From Gloeobacterales cyanobacterium (GTDB lineage: Bacteria; Cyanobacteriota; Cyanobacteriia; Gloeobacterales; PMM-0068): a stretch of DNA of 64,000 nt. The position numbers and the translations under genes are program-made. The stretch spans positions 60,532 to 124,531 of the forward strand of contig JBBRSB010000010.1 in assembly GCA_038245785.1 (NCBI GenBank), written 5' to 3'. Under the pieces are notes generated by a model, which was given only the letters and a program-made list of their open reading frames with translations, searched no databases and was not told the origin of the DNA. Positions 51,915-60,621 of this stretch are shown here, in pieces (positions within the stretch are counted from its first letter, which is position 1; each line of letters begins with the position of its first letter).

Positions 51915-52295
51915 TCACCTAAAGCGCTCCACGGCTGTCCAAGCACCTATGGCAAATGCAACTAGGTTTGCAACAAACAGAACCATAGCTATACGAAGAA
52001 ACCATTGGTGGTTTCCTTTCGCTTGCGGGTCAGCCCCGATGCGTTCCTCATTAAGAAGTGTGAGCTGCGTTAAATACGCAAAACACATTGACATGCCACA
52101 GAGAGCTAAACCACTCAGAAACGCAAACATTGGGACGCGCATATCCATGGTCGCAGTGCTCTTTCCTGCGATGTTGCCAAGGTAAGAGAGCAACGCAACT
52201 GCTGCGCCACCATTGATAAGCGCAGAGAATTTGAAACCCTCGGTAGAAATAGTGATTAGGGACTTATACGTCTCAATCCAATGAGCGCTCACCAA
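51915..52295 (-). CDS. Three-TM hypothetical membrane protein
   Basis: K...LINGGAAVALL motif and hydrophobic helices; GGGAG RBS. Confidence 0.75.
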   Translation of the reverse strand: MVSAHWIETYKSLITISTEGFKFSALINGGAAVALLSYLGNIAGKSTATMDMRVPMFAFLSGLALCGMSMCFAYLTQLTLLNEERIGADPQAKGNHQWFLRIAMVLFVANLVAFAIGAWTAVERFR

Positions 52296-52948
52296 AGCTC
52301 CCTCGTCAGTAGTGCTGCTTAACGCGCAGCGTTGTTGGTTCCAGTAATTAGTTATCTCGTGCGCCTACAGGCAGGGTACCCAAGCACTAACAAGATCTAT
52401 CAAGTACATCAAAAAACTTGTTACTATACGGAAATTTTCTGTATAACCATCCTGTATCGAGCAGGATTGCAATTTCTTCTCAACGCTTACTGAAAGGAGA
52501 ATTTTCACTGCTAAACCCCTCTTTCTCCAGAGGGGGCATACTCTTAGAAAATAAGAGAGAGCATCTACCAATTTGCAGGCCGATTTTGTAGCACTCCGTA
52601 CTAAGGGTGCCAAGTCGGTCACTTTGGAGCACATCGGGTTCAATCGCTACCATTCTATCGAAAGCGATAAGGCTTTCTACAATTTGCGACTGCCCTAGCG
52701 ATATGGCTCAGAAGCAGTGTTCGCTAATAAATAAAGCTCTTTGCGTCCAAAAACTCAAGGTAAAGAAGATTGCAGAATGGGCAATCTAGAACTCAAGATA
52801 CGGCACGTCTAGAGACTACTCGTAGAAAGCCGTGCTTTGGAGAAGAATCTAGTCAACCTCTGTGCTGGCAACGAACCTCTAGAGCGTGAGTTGGAGAAGA
52901 AAATCAAATATTTAGAAGAGCAAACTAACACTAAAGGAGATAAGTAAG

Positions 52949-53332
52949 ATGAAGAAACTAATTATATTGACTGTGTTAGCGGCATCTGTCGGACTAAGTT
53001 CTAATCCAGTTTTTGCAAGCCCTTTTAATCGGAGAGAGTGCATCTATAGGGAGACACACAGCTTCGTAGACGCACTTTTACCCAAGAGCACTTTCCGGGA
53101 ATCTCTTAAGGCAGTAGCTATTCCTCAAGCTCTAATAAATTCTAAAGCGATATCACCTATTGAGTTCGCAAACTTGAATACTCAGGCCACCGCATTTGCT
53201 CTTCCTGATTTGGAAGTAGTAGACCAACAACCAGAGCCTTTAGCCCAGTGGTTTCGCTTAACGATTCCTTTGCTTGCCGAAAAAATTAATAGTTTTTGCG
53301 ACATGAATGAAAAGAAGGGATTCCCCTACTAG
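52949..53332 (+). CDS. Hypothetical secreted protein
   Basis: AAGGAG RBS, MKKLII...VFA signal peptide. Confidence 0.65.
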   Translation: MKKLIILTVLAASVGLSSNPVFASPFNRRECIYRETHSFVDALLPKSTFRESLKAVAIPQALINSKAISPIEFANLNTQATAFALPDLEVVDQQPEPLAQWFRLTIPLLAEKINSFCDMNEKKGFPY

Positions 53333-53343
53333 TAACCAGCAGA

Positions 53344-54510
53344 TTAAACGTCCGTAGGTTTTAAATAGTCTAGTTTTAGCTTATCGAGATATTTAGCTTC
53401 AATTACAGCGGCACTATTACCGCACCATCTTGCGATAGTAGTAGAGCTGTTCCCATTTAAAGCTTGCAGCGTGATGAAAGTATCCCGACAGTTATAAGGC
53501 GTGAGCTTAACCCCATCCTTGTGAGTCAGATCTAACCCTGTGAGGACTGTTCTCCATGCTCTCTGTGAGAAATTGCCACTGTTAATTGCTTTGCCTGTGG
53601 GGGATGGAAATACTAGTTCATCTTTACCGCCACGTGATAGGGACTGCAATAGCTCTTGAAGTCTAGCTGGACAGGTAAACCATCGCTTACCCCCTGTCTT
53701 AGTCTCTTTTCTGTGCACCATTGCACCATTAACAGCCACCATTGATTCGTGAAAGTGGACTCGTGAACAGTCTGAAGTGATGCTGCCCCACTTAAGTCCT
53801 ATGGCCTCAGAAGGACGGCATCCGGTCCAGAAGAGAAATTTAACGAACGGCGCATAGTAGCTGTAGCTTATACCAGGGGCGTTATGGGTTTCAAAGGCTG
53901 CGATGATAGCATCCCGTTCTTCAACGGTGAAAGCCATAGGCGGCGCAGGCTTATCCTTGCTGAGTTCGTTATACATGCCATCGAAAGGATTGCCCTCGAT
54001 CAGCCCGTGCTGTAAGCTCCATTTGCAACATGCTGAGAGTTGCATGAGGGTTCTACGGGCTTGCTGGCGGGTTGTTGCTTTGAATAGCTCTTTTCTAAAC
54101 ACTAGAACATCATCAATCCCATCAGTCTTGCACTTCTCTAGATGCATGGTCACAGGCTTATAGGTGTTCTCAATAGTCTTTGGACTGACATTAGGGGCTC
54201 GATAGTCAACATACCTAGCCCATATTTCTTTTAGCTTGAGTTTAGGCGGGGCGTCTGGGGTAGCAGTCGATAGGCAAGCCTCAGACTTATAGCTGGACAG
54301 GCTTCTATCGAATCTGCCATGCCTAACGTCATATTCAATTTTGTTGGCCGTGAGCTGCACCACGTCACGGTTTGCGGTTGTGTCAGGAACTGATAGGTAC
54401 AGATGGTAGCGCTGACCTTCGTAGGTCCATCTAAGGAAGAGCTTACCTCTGAGTGAAATGGTTGAAACTTTACCTTTATTAGATTTCGGCTTCCTGCCAC
54501 TACTATTCAC
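53344..54510 (-). CDS. Tyrosine integrase with an N-terminal arm-binding domain
   Basis: Arm domain (L.LRW.Y.G.RY.L.L..PDT..N), TGCRPSEA (R), KTG (K), PYNCR (R), CGNS.....KY (Y). Confidence 0.93.
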   Translation of the reverse strand: MNSSGRKPKSNKGKVSTISLRGKLFLRWTYEGQRYHLYLSVPDTTANRDVVQLTANKIEYDVRHGRFDRSLSSYKSEACLSTATPDAPPKLKLKEIWARYVDYRAPNVSPKTIENTYKPVTMHLEKCKTDGIDDVLVFRKELFKATTRQQARRTLMQLSACCKWSLQHGLIEGNPFDGMYNELSKDKPAPPMAFTVEERDAIIAAFETHNAPGISYSYYAPFVKFLFWTGCRPSEAIGLKWGSITSDCSRVHFHESMVAVNGAMVHRKETKTGGKRWFTCPARLQELLQSLSRGGKDELVFPSPTGKAINSGNFSQRAWRTVLTGLDLTHKDGVKLTPYNCRDTFITLQALNGNSSTTIARWCGNSAAVIEAKYLDKLKLDYLKPTDV

Positions 54511-54710
54511 CAGATTTAGCTCCCTGAGTGCTATCTAAGCTTAGTTGGTTGCCAGTCTGCATGCAACCAATTCCGCAACCTATTTACACTCAAATACAGT
54601 ACAAATGCATTGCTTTGCATCGCACAAGCGTATAAAGCAGAAAGCCGCTGTCAGTGAAAACAAAGTCTGAGAGAGACTTCTAGTCTTACGCAAAGCAGGT
54701 TTTAAAACTT

Positions 54711-54782
54711 AGCCGGGAAGCGGATTTGAACCGCCGACCGCTCGATTACGAATCGAGTGCTCTACCACTGAGCTATCCCGGC
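54711..54782 (-). tRNA. trnT: tRNA-Thr (CGT)
   Basis: GCCGGGA acceptor stem, AGCTCAGTGGTAGAGC D arm, CTCGA-TTCGTAA-TCGAG anticodon arm, GGTTCAAATCC T arm; no encoded CCA. Confidence 0.97.
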
Positions 54783-54810
54783 ACACAGGATAATTATTAT
54801 AGGATAAGAC

Positions 54811-55254
54811 CTAGACGATAAAGCTAGATTCCTCGCCCTGAGACGCCTGATAACTGCGGGCATCATAGTAGAGGTCTTCTAAGGTTATTTGGTCTAGGGC
54901 ATCGAGTAAACGTATGTGAAGGCGTTGCCAGAGCGCTTGGGTTACCCAGTCTTCTGAACGCTGAGGATCTTTCTCTAGATTGGTGAGCGGTTCTACGGCT
55001 TCTCCCACCGCTTTGAAAATCTGTCCTACACTAATTTGACGGGGTGCCAGAGCCAATTCATATCCACCTGATGCTCCACGGGTAGCCGTCACGATCCCCT
55101 GCTTGCGCAATTGGACGAAAAGCTGCTCTAAGTATTGGTGCGAAATGTTACAACGCTGAGAAATTTGACGAACTGGAATCGGGCCTTGACCGCCATAAAT
55201 CACTAAATCCAGGAGAGCCTTGACGCTGTAATGTCCTCGGGTAGTGAATTTCAT
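54811..55254 (-). CDS. Rrf2-family transcriptional regulator without the Fe-S Cys triad
   Basis: TTRGHYSVKALLDL, YLEQL...L...G.V...RGASGGY.LA. Confidence 0.9.
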   Translation of the reverse strand: MKFTTRGHYSVKALLDLVIYGGQGPIPVRQISQRCNISHQYLEQLFVQLRKQGIVTATRGASGGYELALAPRQISVGQIFKAVGEAVEPLTNLEKDPQRSEDWVTQALWQRLHIRLLDALDQITLEDLYYDARSYQASQGEESSFIV

Positions 55255-55382
55255 CGCTTTATGTGCAACCTTAAGAAAAGAATAAGTATTGTGAAAGGTT
55301 TTTGAGCGTCTTTTGGAGCCTGTGTTACATTTCTAACGTGTGCGAGCACATTCGGTTTCTATTTTTTTAAGGACGCGGCTTT

Positions 55383-56030
55383 ATGGGAAAGACTTACGAC
55401 TGGTTCCAAGAGCGCCTCGAGATCCAAGCAATTGCAGATGACGTGACCAGCAAGTATGTGCCGCCTCACGTAAACATTTTCTATTGCTTAGGCGGTATCA
55501 CCCTCGTTGCATTCTTAGTCCAGTTCGCCACTGGCTTTGCAATGACGTTTTACTATAAGCCCACTACAGCAGAGGCCTTTAAATCTGTTGAGTACATCAT
55601 GAATGAAGTCAGCTTTGGTTGGCTGATCCGCTCTATCCATCGTTGGAGCGCTTCCATGATGGTGTTGGCGATGATTCTTCATGTCTTTAGGGTTTATTTG
55701 ACCGGAGGTTTCAAGAAGCCTCGTGAACTGACCTGGGTAACCGGCGTCATTCTATCGGTACTTACGGTGAGCTTTGGAGTTACTGGGTACACTCTTCCTT
55801 GGGACCAAGTAGGGTTCTGGGCTGCTAAGATTGTTACCCAAGTTCCTGGTGCAGTCCCCGTGATTGGAGACTTGGTCGTCCTGTTACTTCGTGGTGAGCC
55901 TGGTGTTGGTCAGGAAACCTTGACCCGCTTCTATAGCTCCCACACCTTTGTGTTGCCCTGGCTGGCCGTCGTGTTCATGCTTGCGCACTTCCTGATGATT
56001 CGGAAGCAAGGCATTTCTGGCCCCCTCTAA
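55383..56030 (+). CDS. petB: Cytochrome b6
   Basis: [32 protein letters not shown]. Confidence 0.99.
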   Translation: MGKTYDWFQERLEIQAIADDVTSKYVPPHVNIFYCLGGITLVAFLVQFATGFAMTFYYKPTTAEAFKSVEYIMNEVSFGWLIRSIHRWSASMMVLAMILHVFRVYLTGGFKKPRELTWVTGVILSVLTVSFGVTGYTLPWDQVGFWAAKIVTQVPGAVPVIGDLVVLLLRGEPGVGQETLTRFYSSHTFVLPWLAVVFMLAHFLMIRKQGISGPL

Positions 56031-56061
56031 CTAAAAGATCTAGTTTTCGGAGTGTGTACCT

Positions 56062-56541
56062 ATGGTGATGAAAAAGCCTGACCTGCAAGACCCCGAGTTT
56101 CGGGAATTAGTCAAGCAGAACATGGGGCATAACAAGTACGGTGAACCTTTTTGGCCTAACGATGCACTTATTTTTGGTGTAGTCATCTTTGGAACCATCG
56201 TTGGTACTATCGGCCTTGCGATTATGGACCCCGCCAAGATGGGTGAACCCGCTGACCCCTTCTTGACGCCCCTAGAGATTCTTCCTGAGTGGTACTTCTA
56301 CCCAGTGTTCCAAATCCTGCGGGTTGTTCCCAACAAATTGCTGGGTGTCGTCTTGATGGCTGGTATTCCTATTGGTCTGGCCTTGATTCCCTTCATCGAG
56401 AATTTCAATAAGTTCCAAAATCCCTTCCGTCGTCCTATTTCCAGTGCCATGTTCTTGATTGGTACCCTAGTCACGTTCTACCTAGGTATTGGAGCGATGA
56501 TTCACAACATTCCTAAATCTCTAACCTTGGGTCTGTTCTAA
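56062..56541 (+). CDS. petD: Cytochrome b6f subunit IV
   Basis: [32 protein letters not shown]. Confidence 0.98.
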   Translation: MVMKKPDLQDPEFRELVKQNMGHNKYGEPFWPNDALIFGVVIFGTIVGTIGLAIMDPAKMGEPADPFLTPLEILPEWYFYPVFQILRVVPNKLLGVVLMAGIPIGLALIPFIENFNKFQNPFRRPISSAMFLIGTLVTFYLGIGAMIHNIPKSLTLGLF

Positions 56542-56557
56542 GCATCAGCTTTTACGA

Positions 56558-56581
56558 GAGCCCCCTTTTGGGGGCTTTTTT
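56558..56581 (+). terminator. Intrinsic terminator after petD
   Basis: GAGCCCCC-TTTT-GGGGGCTT followed by a T run. Confidence 0.8.
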
Positions 56582-56632
56582 AATGCGTGAGCTTCCGCGA
56601 AGGAGTACATTCTTACGAGGTAGGTACGAAGT

Positions 56633-57679
56633 ATGAATACAAAGCAGGCAGTTCTCTGCGGATACTACGGTTTTGGCAATAGCGGTGATGAAGCGCTTCT
56701 GGCCACTTTGTTACAAATGCTGCCTGCTCAAGTGACTCCGGTCGTCCTTTCCAATAATCCTCAAAAAACGGCCAAAACTTATGGAATTCGAAGCATCAGT
56801 CGCTGGAATAGCTTAGAAGTTTTAGCGTCCCTGCGTCAGAGTCAGGCTTTTATCTTCGGGGGTGGCAGCCTTCTTCAGGATGCTACCAGCCTCAAAAGTG
56901 TGCTCTACTACTGTGGTTTGATGGGCTTAGCACAGGGTATGGGATTAAAAACTATGGCCTGGGCGCAGGGTTTGGGACCTTTAAAAACATCTTTGGGGCA
57001 ACAGCTAACCCGTCGGGCCTTAGCGCAATGTCAAGGGATTACGGTCCGGGATGGAGGCTCTGCCAAAATCTTGGAGCAATGGAAACTGCCCTATTCCGTA
57101 ACCGCAGATCCGGTGTGGGCACTGGAGAGTCTAGCTGTAACGGAGTTGGCTGATTTGCCGATGCCGAGAGTGGCGGTTGTAGTGCGGACCCATCCCCAAT
57201 TTACAGAATCTCGAATTCAGACATTCATCCAGGCGCTGCAGGATTTCCAAAAAGCTACGGACCTATTTGTGCTTTTGGTTCCGTTTCATCTTCCTCAAGA
57301 TGTAGCGCTGAGCAAGCGGATAGCAGAAGCTTTAGAAGATAAAGCTGAACTTCTCTTAATAGACGAACCTCGCAGGCTCAAGGGGGTTTTTCGTGCAGTG
57401 GACTATACCCTTGCTATGCGCTTCCACGGCGTACTGATGGCGGCTAGTGAAGGTTCTGTCGTGTGGGGACTTAGCTATGACCCAAAAGTAAAACAACTGC
57501 TCCAGGATATTCAAGCACCGGGATGCAGCCTTGATGAACTGCCTGACCGTCAGGACCTGTGCCGAATTTGGTTGGACCAGTACGCTAATGGCTCGGCCTT
57601 AAGTGAAACACAACGCGCCTCTTGGGCTGATAGAGCGAAAATTAATGCAGCTATGTTGCGGGAAATACTCACCAGCTGA
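56633..57679 (+). CDS. csaB: Polysaccharide pyruvyl transferase CsaB
   Basis: GYYGFGNSGDEALL, GGGSLLQDATS, MRFHG, SYDPKV. Confidence 0.93.
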   Translation: MNTKQAVLCGYYGFGNSGDEALLATLLQMLPAQVTPVVLSNNPQKTAKTYGIRSISRWNSLEVLASLRQSQAFIFGGGSLLQDATSLKSVLYYCGLMGLAQGMGLKTMAWAQGLGPLKTSLGQQLTRRALAQCQGITVRDGGSAKILEQWKLPYSVTADPVWALESLAVTELADLPMPRVAVVVRTHPQFTESRIQTFIQALQDFQKATDLFVLLVPFHLPQDVALSKRIAEALEDKAELLLIDEPRRLKGVFRAVDYTLAMRFHGVLMAASEGSVVWGLSYDPKVKQLLQDIQAPGCSLDELPDRQDLCRIWLDQYANGSALSETQRASWADRAKINAAMLREILTS

Positions 57680-57696
57680 CTCAACTAGGGCAAAGT

Positions 57697-58155
57697 ATGA
57701 TTCCTATGCGTTTTCGCGCCCCTCGATGGGCTCGGCCAATACCCTTTTTGCTCTTAGGTGTACTGTGGTTCTCTATGCTTCCAGGGAAAGCTCAAAATAA
57801 AAAGATGACAGACCCAGTGGCGATTCGCTCTGTAATTGAACAGCAGCTACAGGCTTTCCAAAAGGATGATGCTAACAAAGCTTTTTCCTTTGCCAGTCCT
57901 AGCATTCAAAAACGGTTTGGGAATGCCCAAAACTTCATGAGTATCGTCAAAGAGTCCTACCCTGCAGTCTATCGACCCCGTTCCGTTATTTTTGAAAAGT
58001 TGAATCTGGTCGGTGGCAATCCCACGCAATCTGTGTTGCTGTTGGACCCTGGCGGCACCTTGATGAAGGCGACCTATATCATGGAAAAGCAAGCGAACGG
58101 TTCCTGGCTGATCAACGGTTGCTATTTAGTGACTGCCGATGGACAAACTTTATAA
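57697..58155 (+). CDS. DUF4864 family protein
   Basis: IRSVIEQQLQAFQ.DDA..AFSFASP.I...F, Y.MEKQ..GSW.INGC. Confidence 0.88.
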   Translation: MIPMRFRAPRWARPIPFLLLGVLWFSMLPGKAQNKKMTDPVAIRSVIEQQLQAFQKDDANKAFSFASPSIQKRFGNAQNFMSIVKESYPAVYRPRSVIFEKLNLVGGNPTQSVLLLDPGGTLMKATYIMEKQANGSWLINGCYLVTADGQTL

Positions 58156-58278
58156 GGGCTTTCAGCACAAAACGATAGTTACACCAAAGATTCATTGCTA
58201 TCCACCATAATTCGGGGTGGGGAGTGCTGGAATAGATGTGAATAGATCCCTCGAAACTGAACTGAGGCTTCAGAATCC

Positions 58279-60621
58279 ATGTCTCTCGCTGGCATTCTCA
58301 AAGCATCTCTTCCCAGGAAGCGTAAGCCCTCAAGCCTCCCTCCAAGCTCTAACCGGATTTGGACTCAATGCATCAAAGAGCTGGCTCAATTTCGTCGTGA
58401 CCGCCTCACGGTAGCGCTGGTTCTTATCCTGCCGATGATAACTTTGCTGCTCTTTGGCTTTGCTATTCGTTTAGAGACCAAAGATATTCCCTTGGTCGTA
58501 CAAGACTTAGACCATAGTCCACTGAGCCGTGCTTATACAGAAAGGCTGTATGCCACCAAGCAATTCCAGCCCGTAGCACAAGCGGATGCCCGTGCCCTTG
58601 ACCGGAACCAGGCTAAAGCGGCTGTGATTATTCCTCCAGATTTTGCTCGTCGGATCAAAGCAGAAAAGCCCAGTCCAGTGCAAGTGGTTATTGATGGCAC
58701 AGATGGCAACAATGCACGGGTGATTAAAAACAGTATCCGTGCCACCAACAACTTTTTCTTGCAGAGCAACGGTCTCCAAAAGACTCCCAGGCGCGTAGTC
58801 GCTCATACCCGACTGTGGTTCAACCCTGGACGTCAGGAATCGCTTTACATCGTGCCAGGAGTCTATGCGGTCACGCTATGGATCTTTCCTTCGCTGATTA
58901 CGGCCATTGCTATGGCGCGCGAGAAGGAATATGGCACTTTGGTCCAGGTCTATGCCTCTAGCCTTAGTGCTGCAGAACTCCTCCTGGGCAAGGGTCTTGC
59001 CTATCTCTTCATTGGTTTAGGACAGGCGCTTATGGTCCTAGGCTCTGGTTCTTTTCTCTTTCATCTGAAATTTGTCGGCGATCCGACTCCTTTATTGTTG
59101 GGTACCCCTATCTTCTTGAGTAGCAGTGTCTTGTTTGGCCTATTTGTTGGAGCACGGGCCAATAGCCAGAGTGCTGCCGTACAAGGGACTGCGACCACCG
59201 GATTCCTCACGGCCTATCTCCTCTCTGGTTTTATCTACCCAGTTAGCAACATCCCCTTTCCGCTTTCACTCATTTCTTATATCGTCCCAGCCCGCTACTA
59301 TATCGACCTTACACGGGATGCCTTTGTTCGAGGCGCCGGATGGTCCTCTATTTGGTATGCTCCGCTCGTACTCGTATTGCTCAGCTTGCTGCTGTTTAGG
59401 GGTGCGGAACGGACGTTGCATCGGATGCAGCTGCCAGATGGAACAAGCATGAAGTCTTCCACTGCTCGTGGAAGCTCAGAGAGGAAGGGAGGCTCTAAAA
59501 CTTCTTGGCTAGCTCGACTGTTTCAAGGACGTTTCTGGTCTTTAGTGAAGAAAGAGGCTGACCAAACTTTGGCCAATAAACAGCTGGTCTTTCTCCTGCT
59601 TTTTCCACCGACCATTCAACTGATTGTCTTTGGTCTTGCCCTGAATCCTGAGGTGAAACACCTCAAACTAGGAGTTATAGATTCATCCAATACCGCTGCC
59701 AGTCGAGAACTTGTTTCTTCATTTACCGTTAATGATCTGTTTGAAGCCCATTACCCTCTTAGCGAAAAGGCCCTTAGTACGCAGCTATACAGAGGACAAC
59801 TGAATGCTGGCTTGATCATTCCCCCAGAGTTCAAGCGCAATCTAAACCGGGGTACCTCAGCGGATATTCAAATCCTGATTGATGCGGTGGATGCCAATAC
59901 GGCAGGGATTGCAGCTGGCTATGCTGCTCAAATTGTCCAACAATACAATCACCAACTAGACCCGAATCAGACTCCAGAACTGGTAGATGCACAGGTGACT
60001 ATCCTTTACAATCCAGGCCTGATTAGCAGTTGGTTCTTTGTCCCTGGTGTACTAGGCTTGATTTTGACGCTAATGAGTTCTCTGGTATCTGCGGCGGCTT
60101 TGGTCCGGGAAAAAGAAACAGGAACCCTGGAACAGCTGTTGATGACCCCAGCCGCCGAGTGGGAAATTTTGCTAGCTAAGGTAGTCCCTTTATATTTGCT
60201 CCTCTTGGGCGACATGCTCCTCGCTTTGAGCATCGCTCGCCTAGTCTTTGGCGTTCCTTTCCGAGGCAGTTTAGGACTCTTACTCTTCCTTGCTAGCCTT
60301 GCCATTTTTGTAGGCATTGGCATTGGGACATTGCTGGCGACGCTCTCCGGTAGCCAGATTCAAACTCAGCTTCTTGCTTTTTTCATCAATTTACCCGTCA
60401 ACATTCTTTCTGGAACCGTGACGCCGATTGAAAGTATGCCGCCCTTCTTTCGCTACCTATCTTTGCTTAATCCATTGCGGCACTATGTGGAAATAGTCCG
60501 GGGAATACTGCTCAAGGGCATAGGACTGGAGGTGCTGTGGCCCAATGCCCTAGCTTTAGGAATTTTTGCAGTGGTGCTTTTAGCTATTAGTGCTAATAGA
60601 TTCCGTAGTCAACTCAGTTAG
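58279..60621 (+). CDS. Fused double ABC-2 type permease (YbhS+YbhR-like)
   Basis: Two complete permease units, each with N.PG...VPG and REKE.GT motifs, joined by a Ser/Gly linker near 59440-59510. Confidence 0.85.
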   Translation: MSLAGILKASLPRKRKPSSLPPSSNRIWTQCIKELAQFRRDRLTVALVLILPMITLLLFGFAIRLETKDIPLVVQDLDHSPLSRAYTERLYATKQFQPVAQADARALDRNQAKAAVIIPPDFARRIKAEKPSPVQVVIDGTDGNNARVIKNSIRATNNFFLQSNGLQKTPRRVVAHTRLWFNPGRQESLYIVPGVYAVTLWIFPSLITAIAMAREKEYGTLVQVYASSLSAAELLLGKGLAYLFIGLGQALMVLGSGSFLFHLKFVGDPTPLLLGTPIFLSSSVLFGLFVGARANSQSAAVQGTATTGFLTAYLLSGFIYPVSNIPFPLSLISYIVPARYYIDLTRDAFVRGAGWSSIWYAPLVLVLLSLLLFRGAERTLHRMQLPDGTSMKSSTARGSSERKGGSKTSWLARLFQGRFWSLVKKEADQTLANKQLVFLLLFPPTIQLIVFGLALNPEVKHLKLGVIDSSNTAASRELVSSFTVNDLFEAHYPLSEKALSTQLYRGQLNAGLIIPPEFKRNLNRGTSADIQILIDAVDANTAGIAAGYAAQIVQQYNHQLDPNQTPELVDAQVTILYNPGLISSWFFVPGVLGLILTLMSSLVSAAALVREKETGTLEQLLMTPAAEWEILLAKVVPLYLLLLGDMLLALSIARLVFGVPFRGSLGLLLFLASLAIFVGIGIGTLLATLSGSQIQTQLLAFFINLPVNILSGTVTPIESMPPFFRYLSLLNPLRHYVEIVRGILLKGIGLEVLWPNALALGIFAVVLLAISANRFRSQLS

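Larger units (their letters stand above)
50989..54744. mobile_element. Small integrative element (about 3.7 kb) inserted in tRNA-Thr(CGT)
   Basis: 46-bp direct repeats, tyrosine integrase next to the tRNA, arm-site-like repeats near both ends. Confidence 0.9.

Noticed and set aside
10385..52812. Several accessory ORFs are broken by in-frame TAG (10385, 51849 and a short ORF near 52810), hinting at amber recoding
   Set aside because: Core genes here (psbM, psbJ, psbL, psbF, prfB, sigA, dapB) end at TAG in their expected positions, so TAG is a normal stop. Independent nonsense mutations are the simpler explanation.
53344..54510. Integron integrase IntI
   Set aside because: It has an N-terminal arm-binding domain and a tRNA att site, and no IntI-specific insertion or HTLRHSFATHLL-type motif was seen. 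It is a phage-type integrase.
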